DNA of 63,310 bases, counting the filler, from Basidiobolus ranarum (lineage: Eukaryota), in the NCBI GenBank assembly GCA_040143965.1. It is 36 parts of 36 records of this genome, joined end to end, with 100 filler letters (N's around TTAATTAATTAA, not from the genome) between each part and the next. Parts side by side here need not be neighbours in the genome. Positions count along the whole stretch, not along the records: positions 1 to 1,670 come from JASJQH010004588.1; positions 1,771 to 3,440 come from JASJQH010004589.1; positions 3,541 to 5,210 come from JASJQH010004590.1; positions 5,311 to 6,979 come from JASJQH010004591.1; positions 7,080 to 8,748 come from JASJQH010004592.1; positions 8,849 to 10,517 come from JASJQH010004593.1; positions 10,618 to 12,285 come from JASJQH010004594.1; 29 more parts are not named here. One strand, written 5' to 3'. Under the pieces are notes generated by a model. It was given only the letters and a program-made list of their open reading frames with translations, was not told the DNA's origin and ran no database searches. This document shows, one piece after another, positions 1-12,075 of the stretch. Each line of letters begins with the position of its first letter. Positions within the stretch are counted from its first letter, which is position 1. The translations under genes and the position numbers were made by a program.

Positions 1-176
1 ATGATTGGTTAGGTTTCATGGAATGTTCCAAAGAACATGATTTCCATATAAGGTAATCTGGATGAACTGACACCAGATTGCCAAGAAGGGATGGCACAGC
101 AGATATGATGTGATAATCTAATAATAGAGAAGTTCTATTTGTAGTGGATCAGTATGCCAAGATCAGAATCATGACA
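1..176 (-). mobile_element. Ty3/gypsy (chromovirus) LTR fragment
   Basis: Reverse complement (TGTCATGATTCTGATCTTGGC...GAAACCTAACCAATCAT) aligns with the LTR that follows the chromodomain and PPT at 62106. Confidence 0.85.
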
Positions 177-387
177 GTCACATGATTAATTTGGTTCTGG
201 TTAATCAAGCTGATATTCTCCTCCTGTGTCAAATTCCAAAAAACCCTACAGATATCTGTGTAAATAGGCATATTAGACATTCTGTATTAAGCAGATTGCA
301 TGGTTATAGAGTCCATTTTGTCAGAAGATGACATTACTCCAAATTCCAAGTTTTCACAAACTGTGCCATATTGTAGCACAGGGGCTG

Positions 388-734
388 TGTTGAAATTAGC
401 ATTGCCTAAACACCTATATAGTCATATATAGCTTAGTACTTAGTTATCTGATAATTCACTAACATATCATCCATTATTTTCAATTGAAATTTACTTAGAA
501 TATTGTTACCAACTTCGAAGTTCTCAGATATATAGATTTTTCAAACTTGTGCTAGAAGCCCCAAACTTTTCACACATGTTCCTGGGGCCTTTCTTAGCAC
601 ATTCTACAATTTAGTTTGTCTACATCTTGACAAAGCTATAAATGTCAACTTTCTACTCAATGAATGAATAAGTGAAAACCACCAATTCCATAATTCTCCT
701 AACCACTTCCAACAGGCTCCCAAATACTTTAACA
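388..734 (+). mobile_element. Ty1/copia 5' LTR, family D
   Basis: TGTTGAAATTAGC...TACTTTAACA termini, followed directly by PBS and gag. Many copies in the window. Confidence 0.93.
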
Positions 735-746
735 GGTTATGAGCCC
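735..746 (+). promoter_or_regulatory. PBS GGTTATGAGCCC (half-tRNAi-Met type); also at 6907, 13579, 35539, 43524, 51601(-), 60438(-)
   Basis: Abuts the LTR end and is complementary to the initiator-tRNA anticodon arm GGGCTCATAACC. Confidence 0.9.
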
Positions 747-764
747 AAGCTTGCACCTTCTGTA

Positions 765-1670
765 GTGTCTACTTCACAAACTGATGGAACTTTTCCCTCT
801 TCTGAACAATTGGATGGAACCAATTGTCAAGTTTGGAATATTAAAATGAAAATGCTGCTGCAAGAAAAAGAACTTTGGGACACTGTTGTAGGAGAAGAAA
901 ACAATGCAAAACTCTATGAAGCCAAAGTCTTGTTGAAGTTTATATCTTTATCATATTTTTTAGCTCTATCTTTATTCACCTATCTATTTTATATATCACA
1001 TGTAAGTTAGTTAAGATTACTTAGTCAAATATCACTTGACTGCAAGTCAGAATGTATATTATATATATATGTGAATAATGTGAGAAATAGCAATTCCATA
1101 TTGAAAATTTAAAACTTGTCCCAATTGCCCAAAAGATAGCTCATTTTACTCTTACAGTTGTTCTGAACACAACCCCAGTGTTAGTTTTCTGTATTTCCAC
1201 CAAAATGTACAAATGCTTCATTTCTAGACAATAAATATTTATCTCACAAAAGCTATTCACAGCTCCAATTTTCTAAAGTTCCTCCAAACAGACCTTATTT
1301 TCCCAATAAGTCTCACTCCAGGTCAAAAAAGAACAAAGTGCCTTTGATACAATTTGTCTTAATTTAAAGACCAATTGCTAATTCAATGTTGAAGAGCTAA
1401 AACTGCAAAGAAGGTATGGAAAGCATTGGAAGGCACCTACTAAGCAAGTTCTGCTGCCAACAAGATGTTTCTAACAAGACAATTCTTTAACTTAAAAATG
1501 AAGCCAGGAGAAGACATTAAATCACTAATTAATACAGTCACTATTTTAGTGGAAGAAATGGAATGCAATGGAGTACCTGCCTCTGATCAAGATATCATAG
1601 TTATAGTCCTGAATAGTCTGCCACACTAGTTTCAGAGCCTTGTAATGGCTCTAGAATCAAGAACTGAAAA
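765..1670 (+). pseudogene. gag: copia gag (family D), interrupted by a solo LTR-B, with stops and frameshifts
   Basis: LDGTNCQVWNIKMKMLLQEKELWDTV motif. Homologous to the uninterrupted copy at 43555-44019. Confidence 0.88.
931..1308 (+). mobile_element. Solo LTR, family B, with perfect 5-bp TSD AGTCT
   Basis: TGTTGAAG...CCCAATA flanked by AGTCT at 926-930 and 1309-1313. Confidence 0.93.
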
Positions 1671-1770
1671 NNNNNNNNNNNNNNNNNNNNNNNNNNNNNN
1701 NNNNNNNNNNNNNNTTAATTAATTAANNNNNNNNNNNNNNNNNNNNNNNNNNNNNNNNNNNNNNNNNNNN
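1671..1770. other. Artificial contig linker N44-TTAATTAATTAA-N44 (first of 35 identical linkers, one about every 1.76 kb)
   Basis: Identical 100-nt spacer with stops in all frames. Contig lengths fall steadily from 1670 to 1651 nt. Confidence 0.99.
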
Positions 1771-3440
1771 CCACTGCAGTCTATATCAAAACAGATGCCC
1801 AACAAGATTGCTACAAAATTCTACTCCATTTGAGCTCTATATAGATCAATACCAAGTGTGGATCATCTCAGGATCTTTGGTTGCACAGCATATTGCCTAA
1901 TTTTGGCTCACAAGTGCTCAAAATTGTAACCCAAAAGCACAAAATGCATATTCTTGGTTACTGTGATGGATCCAAGGCCTACAGACTGTTTGATGCCAAA
2001 AATCAGAGGTTAATTAAGTGCAGAGATGTGATTTTTGATGAAAAAGCAAATTTTTCACCTCAAATCACAGTTCTTGATCTAGAAAACCCAATCAATACTA
2101 CACAGGAAGTGTCTGACAAATTTCCTGCTGCATCTGAGCCCTATTCAACCAAAATTTCAGTCCCAATTACATCAAAGGATGATTCAGGACCCAGAAGATC
2201 ATCCAGAAGGAGAAATAAGCTAGGAAACTGGTGGATTACTTCCAACAATGATGTATATGCTTATGCAGCATTCTGTGACAAGCCACACACTCTAGATCAA
2301 GTTTTGGAGTGTCCAGAATCAAAATTATGGGAAAAACAATGTCAGATGAGTTTTGTTCACTTCAGGACAGTATAAAATGGGTTTTAAGTTCTCTTCCATC
2401 AGGGAGAAAGCTAATAGGTTGCAAATGGGTATACAAAGTCAAAAACCAAGCTGATGGAACCATAGAAAGGTACAAAGCAAGATTAGTTGCAAAACACTAT
2501 TCCCAGACCCCAGGAGTTGATTCTAATGAAACCCGTGCTCCAGTAGCCATCTTTAGCTCCATTAGATCAATCCTGGCACTCACAGCTGTCCATAACCTTG
2601 ATCTACATCAAGTGGATGTAAAAATAGCCTTTCTGAATGGAAATCTAGAAGAAGAGATTTGTATGGAGCAACAAGATGGATTTGTTGACCCAAAACATCC
2701 TGATATGGTCTGTAAACTGCAAAAATTGCTATATGGACTCAAGCAAGCACCCAGGGCATGCTACAATAACATAGATACCTATTTGGAATCCCTGGAATTC
2801 CAAAAATGCACAGCAGATCACAGTATTTAAATCAAAACAACCAGAAATAGAATCCTTATCTCTGCACTATATGTGGATGACTTAATCATAGCCACAAATG
2901 ATCTAGAAGCCCTTAATCAGACAAAATGCAGCTTATTGAACCAATTTCAGATGACTGATATGAGTGAATTAAGTTATTTTCTTGAAATCCATATCAAGAG
3001 AGATAAACCCAATCAGAAAATCATGCTGAATCAGTCTAGATACATCCTAGACATACTAAAATGCTTCAACATAGAGAATAGCAAGCCTGCATCAACAGCT
3101 ATGGATCCAAATGTGAAATTAATTAAAATTTCATCTGATTTGGCCCAAAATGATTCAAATCAAAGCCAGGAGTTCCCTTATAAATCCATGGTTGGTAGTT
3201 TAATATATACAATGGTTGGAACATGTCCAGACATTGCTGTGGCAGTGGGAACTGTCAGCCAATATCTCAAAAATCCAGGATCTGAGCACAAAATGGCAGT
3301 AAAACAAATATTGAGGTATTTGAGAGGAGCTGTAGATCTAGTTCTGGAATACTCTGCCACTCCTGATGCACAAAATTTTGAAGGCTACAGTGATGCAGAC
3401 TGGGGAAGAAACCTTGATGATAGAAGATCAACAACTGGAT
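1771..3440 (+). pseudogene. pol: copia pol fragment (integrase C-terminus, RT, start of RNase H)
   Basis: GYCDGSKAYRLFD, IGCKWVYKVK, KARLVAK, LYGLKQAPR, YVDDL, GYSDADW...DRRSTTG, with frameshifts. Confidence 0.95.
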
Positions 3441-3540
3441 NNNNNNNNNNNNNNNNNNNNNNNNNNNNNNNNNNNNNNNNNNNNTTAATTAATTAANNNN
3501 NNNNNNNNNNNNNNNNNNNNNNNNNNNNNNNNNNNNNNNN

Positions 3541-3720
3541 TTTAGCCAATCATTTGCAACTATTTTGCAAGATCTTGAAATTTCACTCCTGAAACTGAAA
3601 AAATTGATTAAAATCAAATCTAACTTGACGATTTTATGACGGTAAGTAAACGGTCAATCCCAAATAGATTAAAATTGTGACGGTTTTCCTACGATAACAA
3701 TCCTCAAATTTCTGTTAGGG
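3541..3720 (-). mobile_element. CMC/EnSpm element left terminus (CCCTAACAGAAAT...)
   Basis: Ends TGTTAGGG. Same terminus at 26237, 37901, 46630 and 58555. Subterminal ACCGTCA-like repeats. Confidence 0.75.
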
Positions 3721-4035
3721 TGAGTAAGGAAGAAAGTTATGATTAGCTAAATTAAAAAAGCCATAGTATTAGTTAATTTATGCAACATTTGGTTTTATCA
3801 GTATATCAGTACTATCAATCCCAGGATGTCTTCGCCAAGAACTAAGCCATCCTATTCTGATATACCTAGATACTGATATAGTAATTAGATTAGTAACCAG
3901 GAGTTGAGGCATTGATCCTGAGTAATGCACCATCATTCATTGAACATCACATGATTGCTTTTGAGGGTAGCTGTGGCTTCAATATCATACAGGTGGTAAA
4001 TTGATGTTATTGGAAAATATCCCTCATGTAGACAT

Positions 4036-4387
4036 TGATAAAAGTGTTTAAGGGATTTAGAAGCGTTTTGGACAAGATTTGGATTTGTGAATTAGACACT
4101 TAAGTTTTATTGAATTGAATATGTACTATTTGTTGTTTACTATGAAATAGGACTATTGGATGTGCTTAGATCACAACAAACATGCCTGTTAAGCATAGGT
4201 GAAAATTTGAGATGATTTGGAGATGTTTTAAGAAAATAGTGAAAATTGGTAAAAGTGTTCTAATTGAAATTTCTATCAATTAGAGCAATAAACACATGTT
4301 TTTGAATGATGGAATTGAGTACTAAATAATCAGAATATGAATAAGCTAACTACTAAATAATGAGTTGCTATTTACCTAATTTCAACA
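4036..4387 (-). mobile_element. Solo LTR, family C
   Basis: TGATAAAAG...TTTCAACA flanked by GACAT/TACAT (4/5 TSD match). The same LTR precedes PBS and gag at 13578. Confidence 0.8.
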
Positions 4388-4389
4388 TA

Positions 4390-5087
4390 CATTCTTGTGT
4401 GTTAAAACCCAGCTTACTTCTTCTCTCCTTTGGTATGTGTGCATATGCTTTGCATGCAAACACCCTCAAGTGAAGGACAGATTGTGCTTGACCATGTCAT
4501 TTTCATAAGGTGTCATTCCACATACAGCTTTGGAAGGGCTTCTGTTCTTTAAGTCAACAGCTGTAGAGACAGCTTCTGTGCAGAATTCATAGCCAGGTTT
4601 TTGATAATGTAACATAGCTCTGCTGGTTTCTACTACAGTCTGGTTGTTCCTTTCAGAGACTACATTTTGCTGTGCAATCTCAGGGACATATGTTTTTTAC
4701 CTAATTTCACAGCACTTGAGAACTCTATCAAACTCTATTAATAAGTACCTTACATAATGATTGGCTCTTCAAGCCTTAATTTTGTTGCCTGTTTCATTTT
4801 CTGCTGCAGCTTTAAATTCTAAGAATACCTCCAGACTTTGCCTTTGTGCTTTAGGAAGTATACAAAGGTCATTCTTGTCAAGGCATTGGTGAATTTAATG
4901 AAGTAACTTGTGTCTCCCAGTGAGATGGTATTTATAGGTCCACGCAGATTGGAATGTATGAGTTCTAGCAATTCCTTAGCTCTAGTAGGTTTATTTTTGG
5001 GTAATGACTACCAATACTGTTTTCTATGTAACCATCCTACACTAAATTCTTTGTGTTAGAATTTCCTAGTTCAAGTCCCAAGACAAC
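4390..5087 (-). pseudogene. copia integrase fragment
   Basis: Reverse strand reads ELLELIHSNLRGPINTISLGDTSYFIKF, a degenerate version of the integrase HxDxxGP motif. Confidence 0.75.
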
Positions 5088-5310
5088 TGTTGAAGTTTAT
5101 TGTCTTTCTCATATTTGTTTTCTCTATCTTTATACACCTAACTATTTATTATATCACATATAAGTTAGTCACACATTACTTATCCCTAACAAAAATAAAA
5201 TCAATTTGATNNNNNNNNNNNNNNNNNNNNNNNNNNNNNNNNNNNNNNNNNNNNTTAATTAATTAANNNNNNNNNNNNNNNNNNNNNNNNNNNNNNNNNN
5301 NNNNNNNNNN

Positions 5311-5646
5311 CTTCAGGTTTTTCAGATTGCAGGTGAAAGCCAAACAACCATTTGAACATGAAGGTAATTTAATTACTGAAGGATAACAAGTCATACAATG
5401 ACAAGTGTTTGCCACTTATACCAGGTCTGTGGCAAGCAACAGTCACCAATCAACTGTGGTAAAAGTGTTAGAAAACCAATCAACACCTGGTTGCTAAGAT
5501 TGGATTCAACTCTCCACTCCTCAATAATCAAAGCTGCTTCCTTTACTGTAAGTGTTATGAGTAGACTAATGCTTGCTGATAACAAAGAGTCCATAACAAA
5601 ACCATCATCATCTTCTTCAACTTCTGATTTACTACCATCAATACCC
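5311..5646 (-). pseudogene. CMC transposase N-terminal fragment
   Basis: QVLIGFLTLLPQLIGDCCLPQTWYKW, shared with the copies at 18.2 kb, 40.4 kb and 42.2 kb. Confidence 0.8.
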
Positions 5647-6528
5647 CCCTAACAAAAATAAAATCAATTTAATCCAGATTAGATCCACCTTCATGAATAG
5701 CAAAACCACCAGAGAACCATCACAATATTGGTGGCTTGCATTCTGCCACAGATTTTGATGATGTGATGGCAGTTTCTTGACTCTATTTTGACAATATTTT
5801 TACATATTAAATTATTTATCCTCAAGTTTGGCATGCATTATTCAATATCCAGTAAATTTTGCAAAAATATAACTTTGAATGGCAAATTACTGGGTTTACT
5901 GCTGTAGGAATTTGAATTAATATGCATGCCTTTATTTAGATATTTTACACTTTGTATTCCAGCTGTAATGAGAATCAAAAAATAGAAGAATCTGGTTGTA
6001 TTTAGTCTCTACATATGCACATACTTTACTGATCAGACATAACTCAACAACATCAATTTGCTTTACCAGCACACTAAAGGTGCAAAAATTGCCAAATATC
6101 TGAAATTTTGAACTGCACTGACACTTGGCAACCAGCTGACTCTTATTACTATTCACAATGAGAATAAGCTCTTGGATTTTGGCAAATTTCTGTAAAGAAT
6201 TCAGCCAATATATCCCAACTTGCAGTCAACAAATGTCATGCCACAAATAAATATGTCATTGCTTGAATAGATTGCCCCATGGCTAAAACAATAATACTGC
6301 GTATCTTGATCTATATCACCAAGAAGTCTGTCTTGCATTTTTCCTAAAAATACTGTCAGATTATCACACTAATAAATTAGTCCATATTATTGAGATACTT
6401 ACTCTGTGTTCTTGGATTAGGCTTTGTTGCTGGTATTGTGCTGAAACAATGCAAAAACCCATGAGCACATTGAAAAGAGTCCTTGTTAGAAGGTTAATAT
6501 ACTGTTGAGTCTCCTTCACCCATTGCAT
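5647..6528 (-). mobile_element. CMC element right terminus (CCCTAACAAAAAT...) plus transposase 3' end; same terminus at 5184
   Basis: Starts CCCTAACA and runs into transposase C-terminal sequence (QCAHGFLHC) also seen at 21.5, 47.8 and 58.8 kb. Confidence 0.78.
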
Positions 6529-6979
6529 AGTTGAAGTTCATTGTCTTTATCATATTTGTCATCTCTATCTTTATACACCTAACTATTTTGTATATCACAT
6601 ATAATTCGGTTAACATTACTTAGTCATTAATTACATAATTTAAAATTGGAACAAATAATATATAAATATGCAAATATTGTGAGAGTTAGCAATTCCATAT
6701 TGGAAATTCCAAACTTTTCTAAATTGCCCCAAAGATAGCTCATTTTACTCCCACAGATGTTCTCAACACAACCCCAATGTTAGTTTTCTGTATTTCCACC
6801 AAAGTGTATAAATGCTTTATTTCTGGACAATAAATAATTATCTCACAAAGCTATTCCCAACTCCACTTTTCTAAAGCTCCTCCAAACAGCCCATATTTTC
6901 CCAATAGGTTATGAGCCCCAAGTACTAACCTCTACAGCATGATAGAAACTACTACTACCACTTTCATTAACTCAAGTGT
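6529..6979 (+). mobile_element. copia 5' LTR-B (to 6906), PBS and gag start (MIETTTTTFINSS)
   Basis: LTR-B end CCCAATA followed directly by GGTTATGAGCCC and the family-B gag start. Confidence 0.9.
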
Positions 6980-7079
6980 NNNNNNNNNNNNNNNNNNNNN
7001 NNNNNNNNNNNNNNNNNNNNNNNTTAATTAATTAANNNNNNNNNNNNNNNNNNNNNNNNNNNNNNNNNNNNNNNNNNNN

Positions 7080-8586
7080 AGTTTTACTCTGGGTTAAAAA
7101 AGAACAAAGTGCTTTTAACACAATTTGTCTTAATGTTAAAGACAAATTGCTAATTCAATGTTCAAGAGCTATAACTACAAAGGCATGGAGAGCCTGGGAA
7201 GACACCTACCAAACATGCTCTGCTGCCAACAAGATGCTTCTAAGAAGACAACTCTAAAACATAAAGATGAAGCCAGGAGAATGTTAAAGTATTTGGGAGC
7301 CTGTTGGATGTGGTTTGGTCAATTAGAGGAATTTGGTGGTTTTCACTTATTGATTTATTGAGTAGAAAGTTGACATTTATAGTTTTGTCAAGATGTAAAC
7401 AAACTAACATGTAGAACATGTTAAGGAAGGCCCCAGGAACATGTGTGCAAAGTTTGAGGCTTCTTTGAAAAATCTCTATATCTGAGAACTTCTAAGTTGG
7501 TAAAAATATTCCAAGTAAATTCCAATAGAGAATAATGGATAATATCTTAGTGAAGTATAAGATAACTAAGTACTAAGCTATATATGACTATTTAGATGTT
7601 TAGGCAATGCTTATTACAACAGAGAAGACATTAAATCACTAATCAATAGAGTCACCATTTTAGTGGATGAAATGGAATGCATTGGAATGCCTATTACTGA
7701 TTAAGATATCATAGTTACAGTCCTGAATAGCCTGCCATACAAGTTACAGAGCCTGGTAATGGCTCTAGAATCAAGAACTGAAATTTGACCTTAAATTATG
7801 TATTTGGCAGACTTTTGGATGAAGATTTACACAAATTAGGATCTGACCAAAAGAATGAAAAAAATGCTTTAATAGGCTATGGGAAACCTTCCCATAGAGG
7901 TCAAAAGCACTTTAAGAAGAAAAGCAACACATTTTGTGATTACTGTAAAACAACTGGCTACTTACTCAAAGATTGCTTCAAAAGAATGGCAAAAGAAGAA
8001 AAACATACTCAATCTGGATATGTGATTATAACAGAAGATCATTTGTTCACATCTGCACTATCTACAACTACCAACAAGGATTCTCAGACATGGTATATTG
8101 ATTCTGGAGCCTCCCAACACTCCACAAATGAAAAACATTGGTTTGTGGATTATGAAGAAATCCCAATTAGAAAGGTTTTCATAGGAGATGACCACACATT
8201 GCATGCCATTGGAATGGAACAATTCAAGTCAATTTAACTGGAGCTTCTGAAAAGAAAGTGTATACTTTTAAAGATGTACTACATGTTCCAGATATTGTCA
8301 AGAATCTAATATCTGGATGTAAGGCCACCTCACAAGGGCTAAATAGTACAATTCTGATAAGTCAGGATGCACCATTACTGATCAAAATAGGAATCATTAA
8401 GCTTTGGGAGAAAAGGAGCAGAACATATACAATCTTACATATAATCCAATAGGTTTATGTGTAAATATAAGTTATTCCAATCAAGAAACAATTCAATTAT
8501 GCATAAGAGATTTGGCTGTATTGGATTTGATTATTTGAGCAAAATGATCAAAAATCACCTAATTTCTGGAATTTGAGTTGACCCCT
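7080..8586 (+). pseudogene. copia gag-protease-pre-integrase fragment (family D)
   Basis: Degenerate zinc knuckle CDYCKTTGYLLKDC, protease WYIDSGASQH, DVLHVPDIVKNLIS. Confidence 0.92.
7282..7621 (-). mobile_element. Solo LTR-D inserted in a gag of its own family, perfect TSD GAGAA
   Basis: GAGAA at 7277-7281 and 7622-7626. The empty site AAGCCAGGAGAAGAC is seen at 1501. Confidence 0.93.
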
Positions 8587-8748
8587 TGTTGGAGAATCTT
8601 GACATAATGGGGGTAGACTTTGTGTATTAGAAGCAACTTCTGATAGTGTGTTTTAGTTACTTTATTCTTAAGAGTATATGGTGACTTATATTGTAGAAAA
8701 GTAAATCAATTGTTTGAGATATTCAGGAGTTTGTGTAATAAGATATAA
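8587..8748 (+). mobile_element. LTR-like repeat family E (also 10332-10517 + and 56406-56529 -)
   Basis: Three near-identical copies starting TGTTGGAG, each interrupting another element and truncated by a contig end. Confidence 0.7.
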
Positions 8749-9612
8749 NNNNNNNNNNNNNNNNNNNNNNNNNNNNNNNNNNNNNNNNNNNNTTAATTAA
8801 TTAANNNNNNNNNNNNNNNNNNNNNNNNNNNNNNNNNNNNNNNNNNNNCTGCTGGTGAGTATATTCGATACAACATCTAATCATTAAACTGCCAGAATTC
8901 CATGAAGCAAATTTGGAGGGATGCCCGTTTTTGATAATTGTAGGGGGGAAGGGCTTTGTTAATCTGAAAACCAATCAACTATTACGAATCCGTTGTCTTC
9001 ATCATCACAAATTGTTATGGCGTACGCTGATGCTTGAGATCAGTCGATGCGTACTTTCATGTGGTTTTTCAACACCGCTATGACTCTTGTGTAACTTTTG
9101 CTATTCACCCCATGAAATGGCATATGTTCCTGTCACACTCTTAGATATCATTGGCAACCGGAGTCTTGCCACGTGACTGATTGGCCCATCCATCACTATC
9201 TCTACCGTGTCTGGTACTCAATCTCGTAGTTCATCACTGCCAATTGTTAAGGATGTATTTAAAATAGAATTTATCTACACAAGATCACTCACTAATGAAA
9301 TGACTTCAATTTGATTAAAAGTCTCAAAATATAGAGAATAGAGTGGCGCTAATCCGTTTTCGAACAATGATGACCAATTTAGTATTATTGTGTTCTTGAT
9401 TATAAATGAATCATTGAAATATGATTATTGCTAATATAGTAAATCATCAAACTACTGCTTTGTCAGCATGTGAAGAAGCAATCAAGTTTATAACCAGTTA
9501 CTTAGAAAGTAAATAAGAAAAATTGTTTAAGTGCAAAAGTTCTTATTTCTTGTAGTCACAATTGCCTGAATTGATTATTTTTAACTACAGTAACTTCATA
9601 TGAGCTATACTT

Positions 9613-10331
9613 ATTGAAGTATTTTGGGAACTGTTTGAAGTCATTTCAAGAACTAGAAAAATTAATGGTTATCACTTATTGATTTATGAAGTGGAAAGTT
9701 GAAATTTATAATTTTGTCAAAGGGTCCCAGGTATTAATGTATTTTGGGAGCCTGTTGGTCATGGTTAGGAGTAATAGATAAGTTGGTTGTTTTCACTGAT
9801 TGATTTATTGAGTAGAAAGATGACATTTATAGTTTTGTCAAGATATAAGCAAACTAATGTGTATAGTCTGTTAAAAAGGTCCCAGGATCATGTGTGCAAA
9901 GTTTGGAGCTTCTAGCACTAGTTTGAAAAAAGCTATATATCAGAGAACTTCTTAGTCAAAATATTCCAAGTAAATTCTAATTTAGATTAATGGGTGATAT
10001 CTTGGTGAAATATAGGATAGTCAAAATACTAAGCTATACATTACTATATAGGTGCTTAGATAGTGCTAACTTAACACCAGGACCATGTGTACATAATTTG
10101 GGATTTTTGTACAAACTGGAGAAAATTATATATTCCAAGAAGCTCTAAGTAGGTAGAAATATTTGAAGTAAACTCCAAATGAAGATATGAAATGGCAACA
10201 CAGTGAAGTGTAGGTAGCTAACTATATGACTATATATATGCTTAAGTTATGCCATTTTCAAACAACATTCTCCCTCAATCAGATTGTCATATATTCTAAT
10301 CCTAGGAAATGGCTAAATTTCCAAAACTTTT
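9613..10331 (-). mobile_element. Cluster of degenerate LTR-D-like copies with PPT and pol 3' tip
   Basis: Repeated TATTTTGGGAGCC and GTGGTTTTCACTTATTG blocks. Reverse-complement PPT TTCTCCCTCAA near 10268. Confidence 0.7.
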
Positions 10332-10617
10332 TGTTGGAGGATCTTGACATAATGGGGGTAGACTTTGTGTATTAGAAGCAACTTATTATAGTGTGCTTTA
10401 GTTACTTTATTCTTAAGAGTTTATTGTGACTAATATAGTAGAAAAGTAAATCAATTGTTTAAGATATTCAGGAGTTTGTGAAATAAGATATAATAGATAC
10501 ATGGGGCTAATAAGACANNNNNNNNNNNNNNNNNNNNNNNNNNNNNNNNNNNNNNNNNNNNTTAATTAATTAANNNNNNNNNNNNNNNNNNNNNNNNNNN
10601 NNNNNNNNNNNNNNNNN

Positions 10618-10968
10618 GTATGTGTAATGGTATTAGAGCACGTATTAACGCTCTTGGAATCCAAGTCAGAGCTGTGGTCTGCCTTCCACGCATTGAGATT
10701 AGGATTTAATCTATACCAAGAGTCATATCACCATTGGTTGCATGTATTCAATAATGATGGTTTTACTTCATTTCCTTGATATACCGTGATACCCACTAAT
10801 TATTCTTATTTTAACTTAGATATTAAGTATTGCCACAGTTTGGATGATATTTGCTTTCTAATAAAAATATTCCAATCAAATTTTCTTACGATATATGTAG
10901 CGTTTGGTTTTTGGTCTCAATTGGGGTTGTTGGCTTACGGCGCATATATGTACTATACTATCAGTTGA
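10618..10968 (+). CDS. Possible 3' end of a host gene with a hydrophobic C-terminus
   Basis: CpG-retaining, non-repeated. ORF ends FLTIYVAFGFWSQLGLLAYGAYMYYTIS*. No family recognised. Confidence 0.25.
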
Positions 10969-11335
10969 TGGAAGCCACTTAGGCAGATAGCATCGGAAGC
11001 ACAAAAACGGCACTGATCAATTTAGTAGCAAACAACTAATTGTAGTCTGTGATAGTAAAATATGGTAATTAACAAATCAATATGTGCTATTTTCTCTTAT
11101 CTCAAATACGGATAAAGGGGGACTTTCTGAGCAATGAAGCATTTGGTGCAAAACGTATATTTCGCTGAATTGATTTCAGCTACTAAGGGACTTGAGAAAA
11201 GCCACATCTTGCTATGCTACAATAGAGAGAATTTTATAACAAACATGTTTGAAAAGCATTGGTGAAAATTTGAGATGTATTGGAGATATTTTGAGGAAAT
11301 AGTGAACATTGGCAAAAGTGATATACTGAATATTT

Positions 11336-12075
11336 TGCTGAAGTATTTTGGGAGCCAGTTGGAAGTGGTTTGGAGAATTAGAGAAATTGGTGGTTTTCAC
11401 TTATTACTCTATTGAGTAGTAAGTTGACATTAATAGTCTTATCATGAAGTAAGCAGACTTACTTGTACCATGTGTTAAGGGAGGTTCCAGAAACATGTGC
11501 ACAAAGTTTGAGGCTTCTATCACAAGTTTGAAAAATCTATGTACCTGAGAACTTTTGAGTTGGTAAATATATTCCAAGTAAATTTTCTTAAGAATAAATG
11601 ATGATGTCTTAGTGGAATATAGAATAACTTAACACTAAGCTATATATGGCTATATAGGCCCTTAGGTGATGCTAACTTCAGCACTCTCCCTCAACTAAAT
11701 AGACATATAAACTAATTCTAATGAAGGCTTTAATTTCTCAAATATCTGCCTAGCTAATAGTTTGGTTAATTTATCTGCAATCATGTTTTCTGTAGAACAA
11801 TAAGTTAAGGAAATAAATTTATTTTCTATAGTCCCTCTAATAACATGATGTCAAATATATACATGTTTGCTTCTAGTAAAAAACATGGGAATCCTAGCTA
11901 ATTTGATATAACTTTAATTTTCTTACCATATTGTAGCTGGTGAGTTTTGAGAATAGTCTAGATCTGGTGAGAGTTATCCTAAGCATATAGTTTTTTTGTT
12001 ACTTCACAAGCAGCCATGTATTCTGCTTCTGTTATTGAAACTGCCACATTCAGTTGTTTTTTTTGCTTCCAAGAT
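11336..12075 (-). mobile_element. copia 3' end: RNase H, PPT, 3' LTR-D-like (11336-11683)
   Basis: Reverse strand has TEAEYMAA, SKHVYI and ENMIADKLTK, then purine tract TTGAGGGAGAG before the LTR. Confidence 0.85.

Noticed and set aside
1715-1726. Regularly spaced TTAATTAATTAA repeat resembling an array or CRISPR
   Set aside because: It is an artificial linker embedded in N runs. ORFs ending XXXLIN are artefacts of it, and adjacency across linkers has no meaning.
8849-9250. Possible intron (GTGAGT...CTAAT...CAG) and terminal exon of a host gene
   Set aside because: Too short to fix the frame or identify a product.
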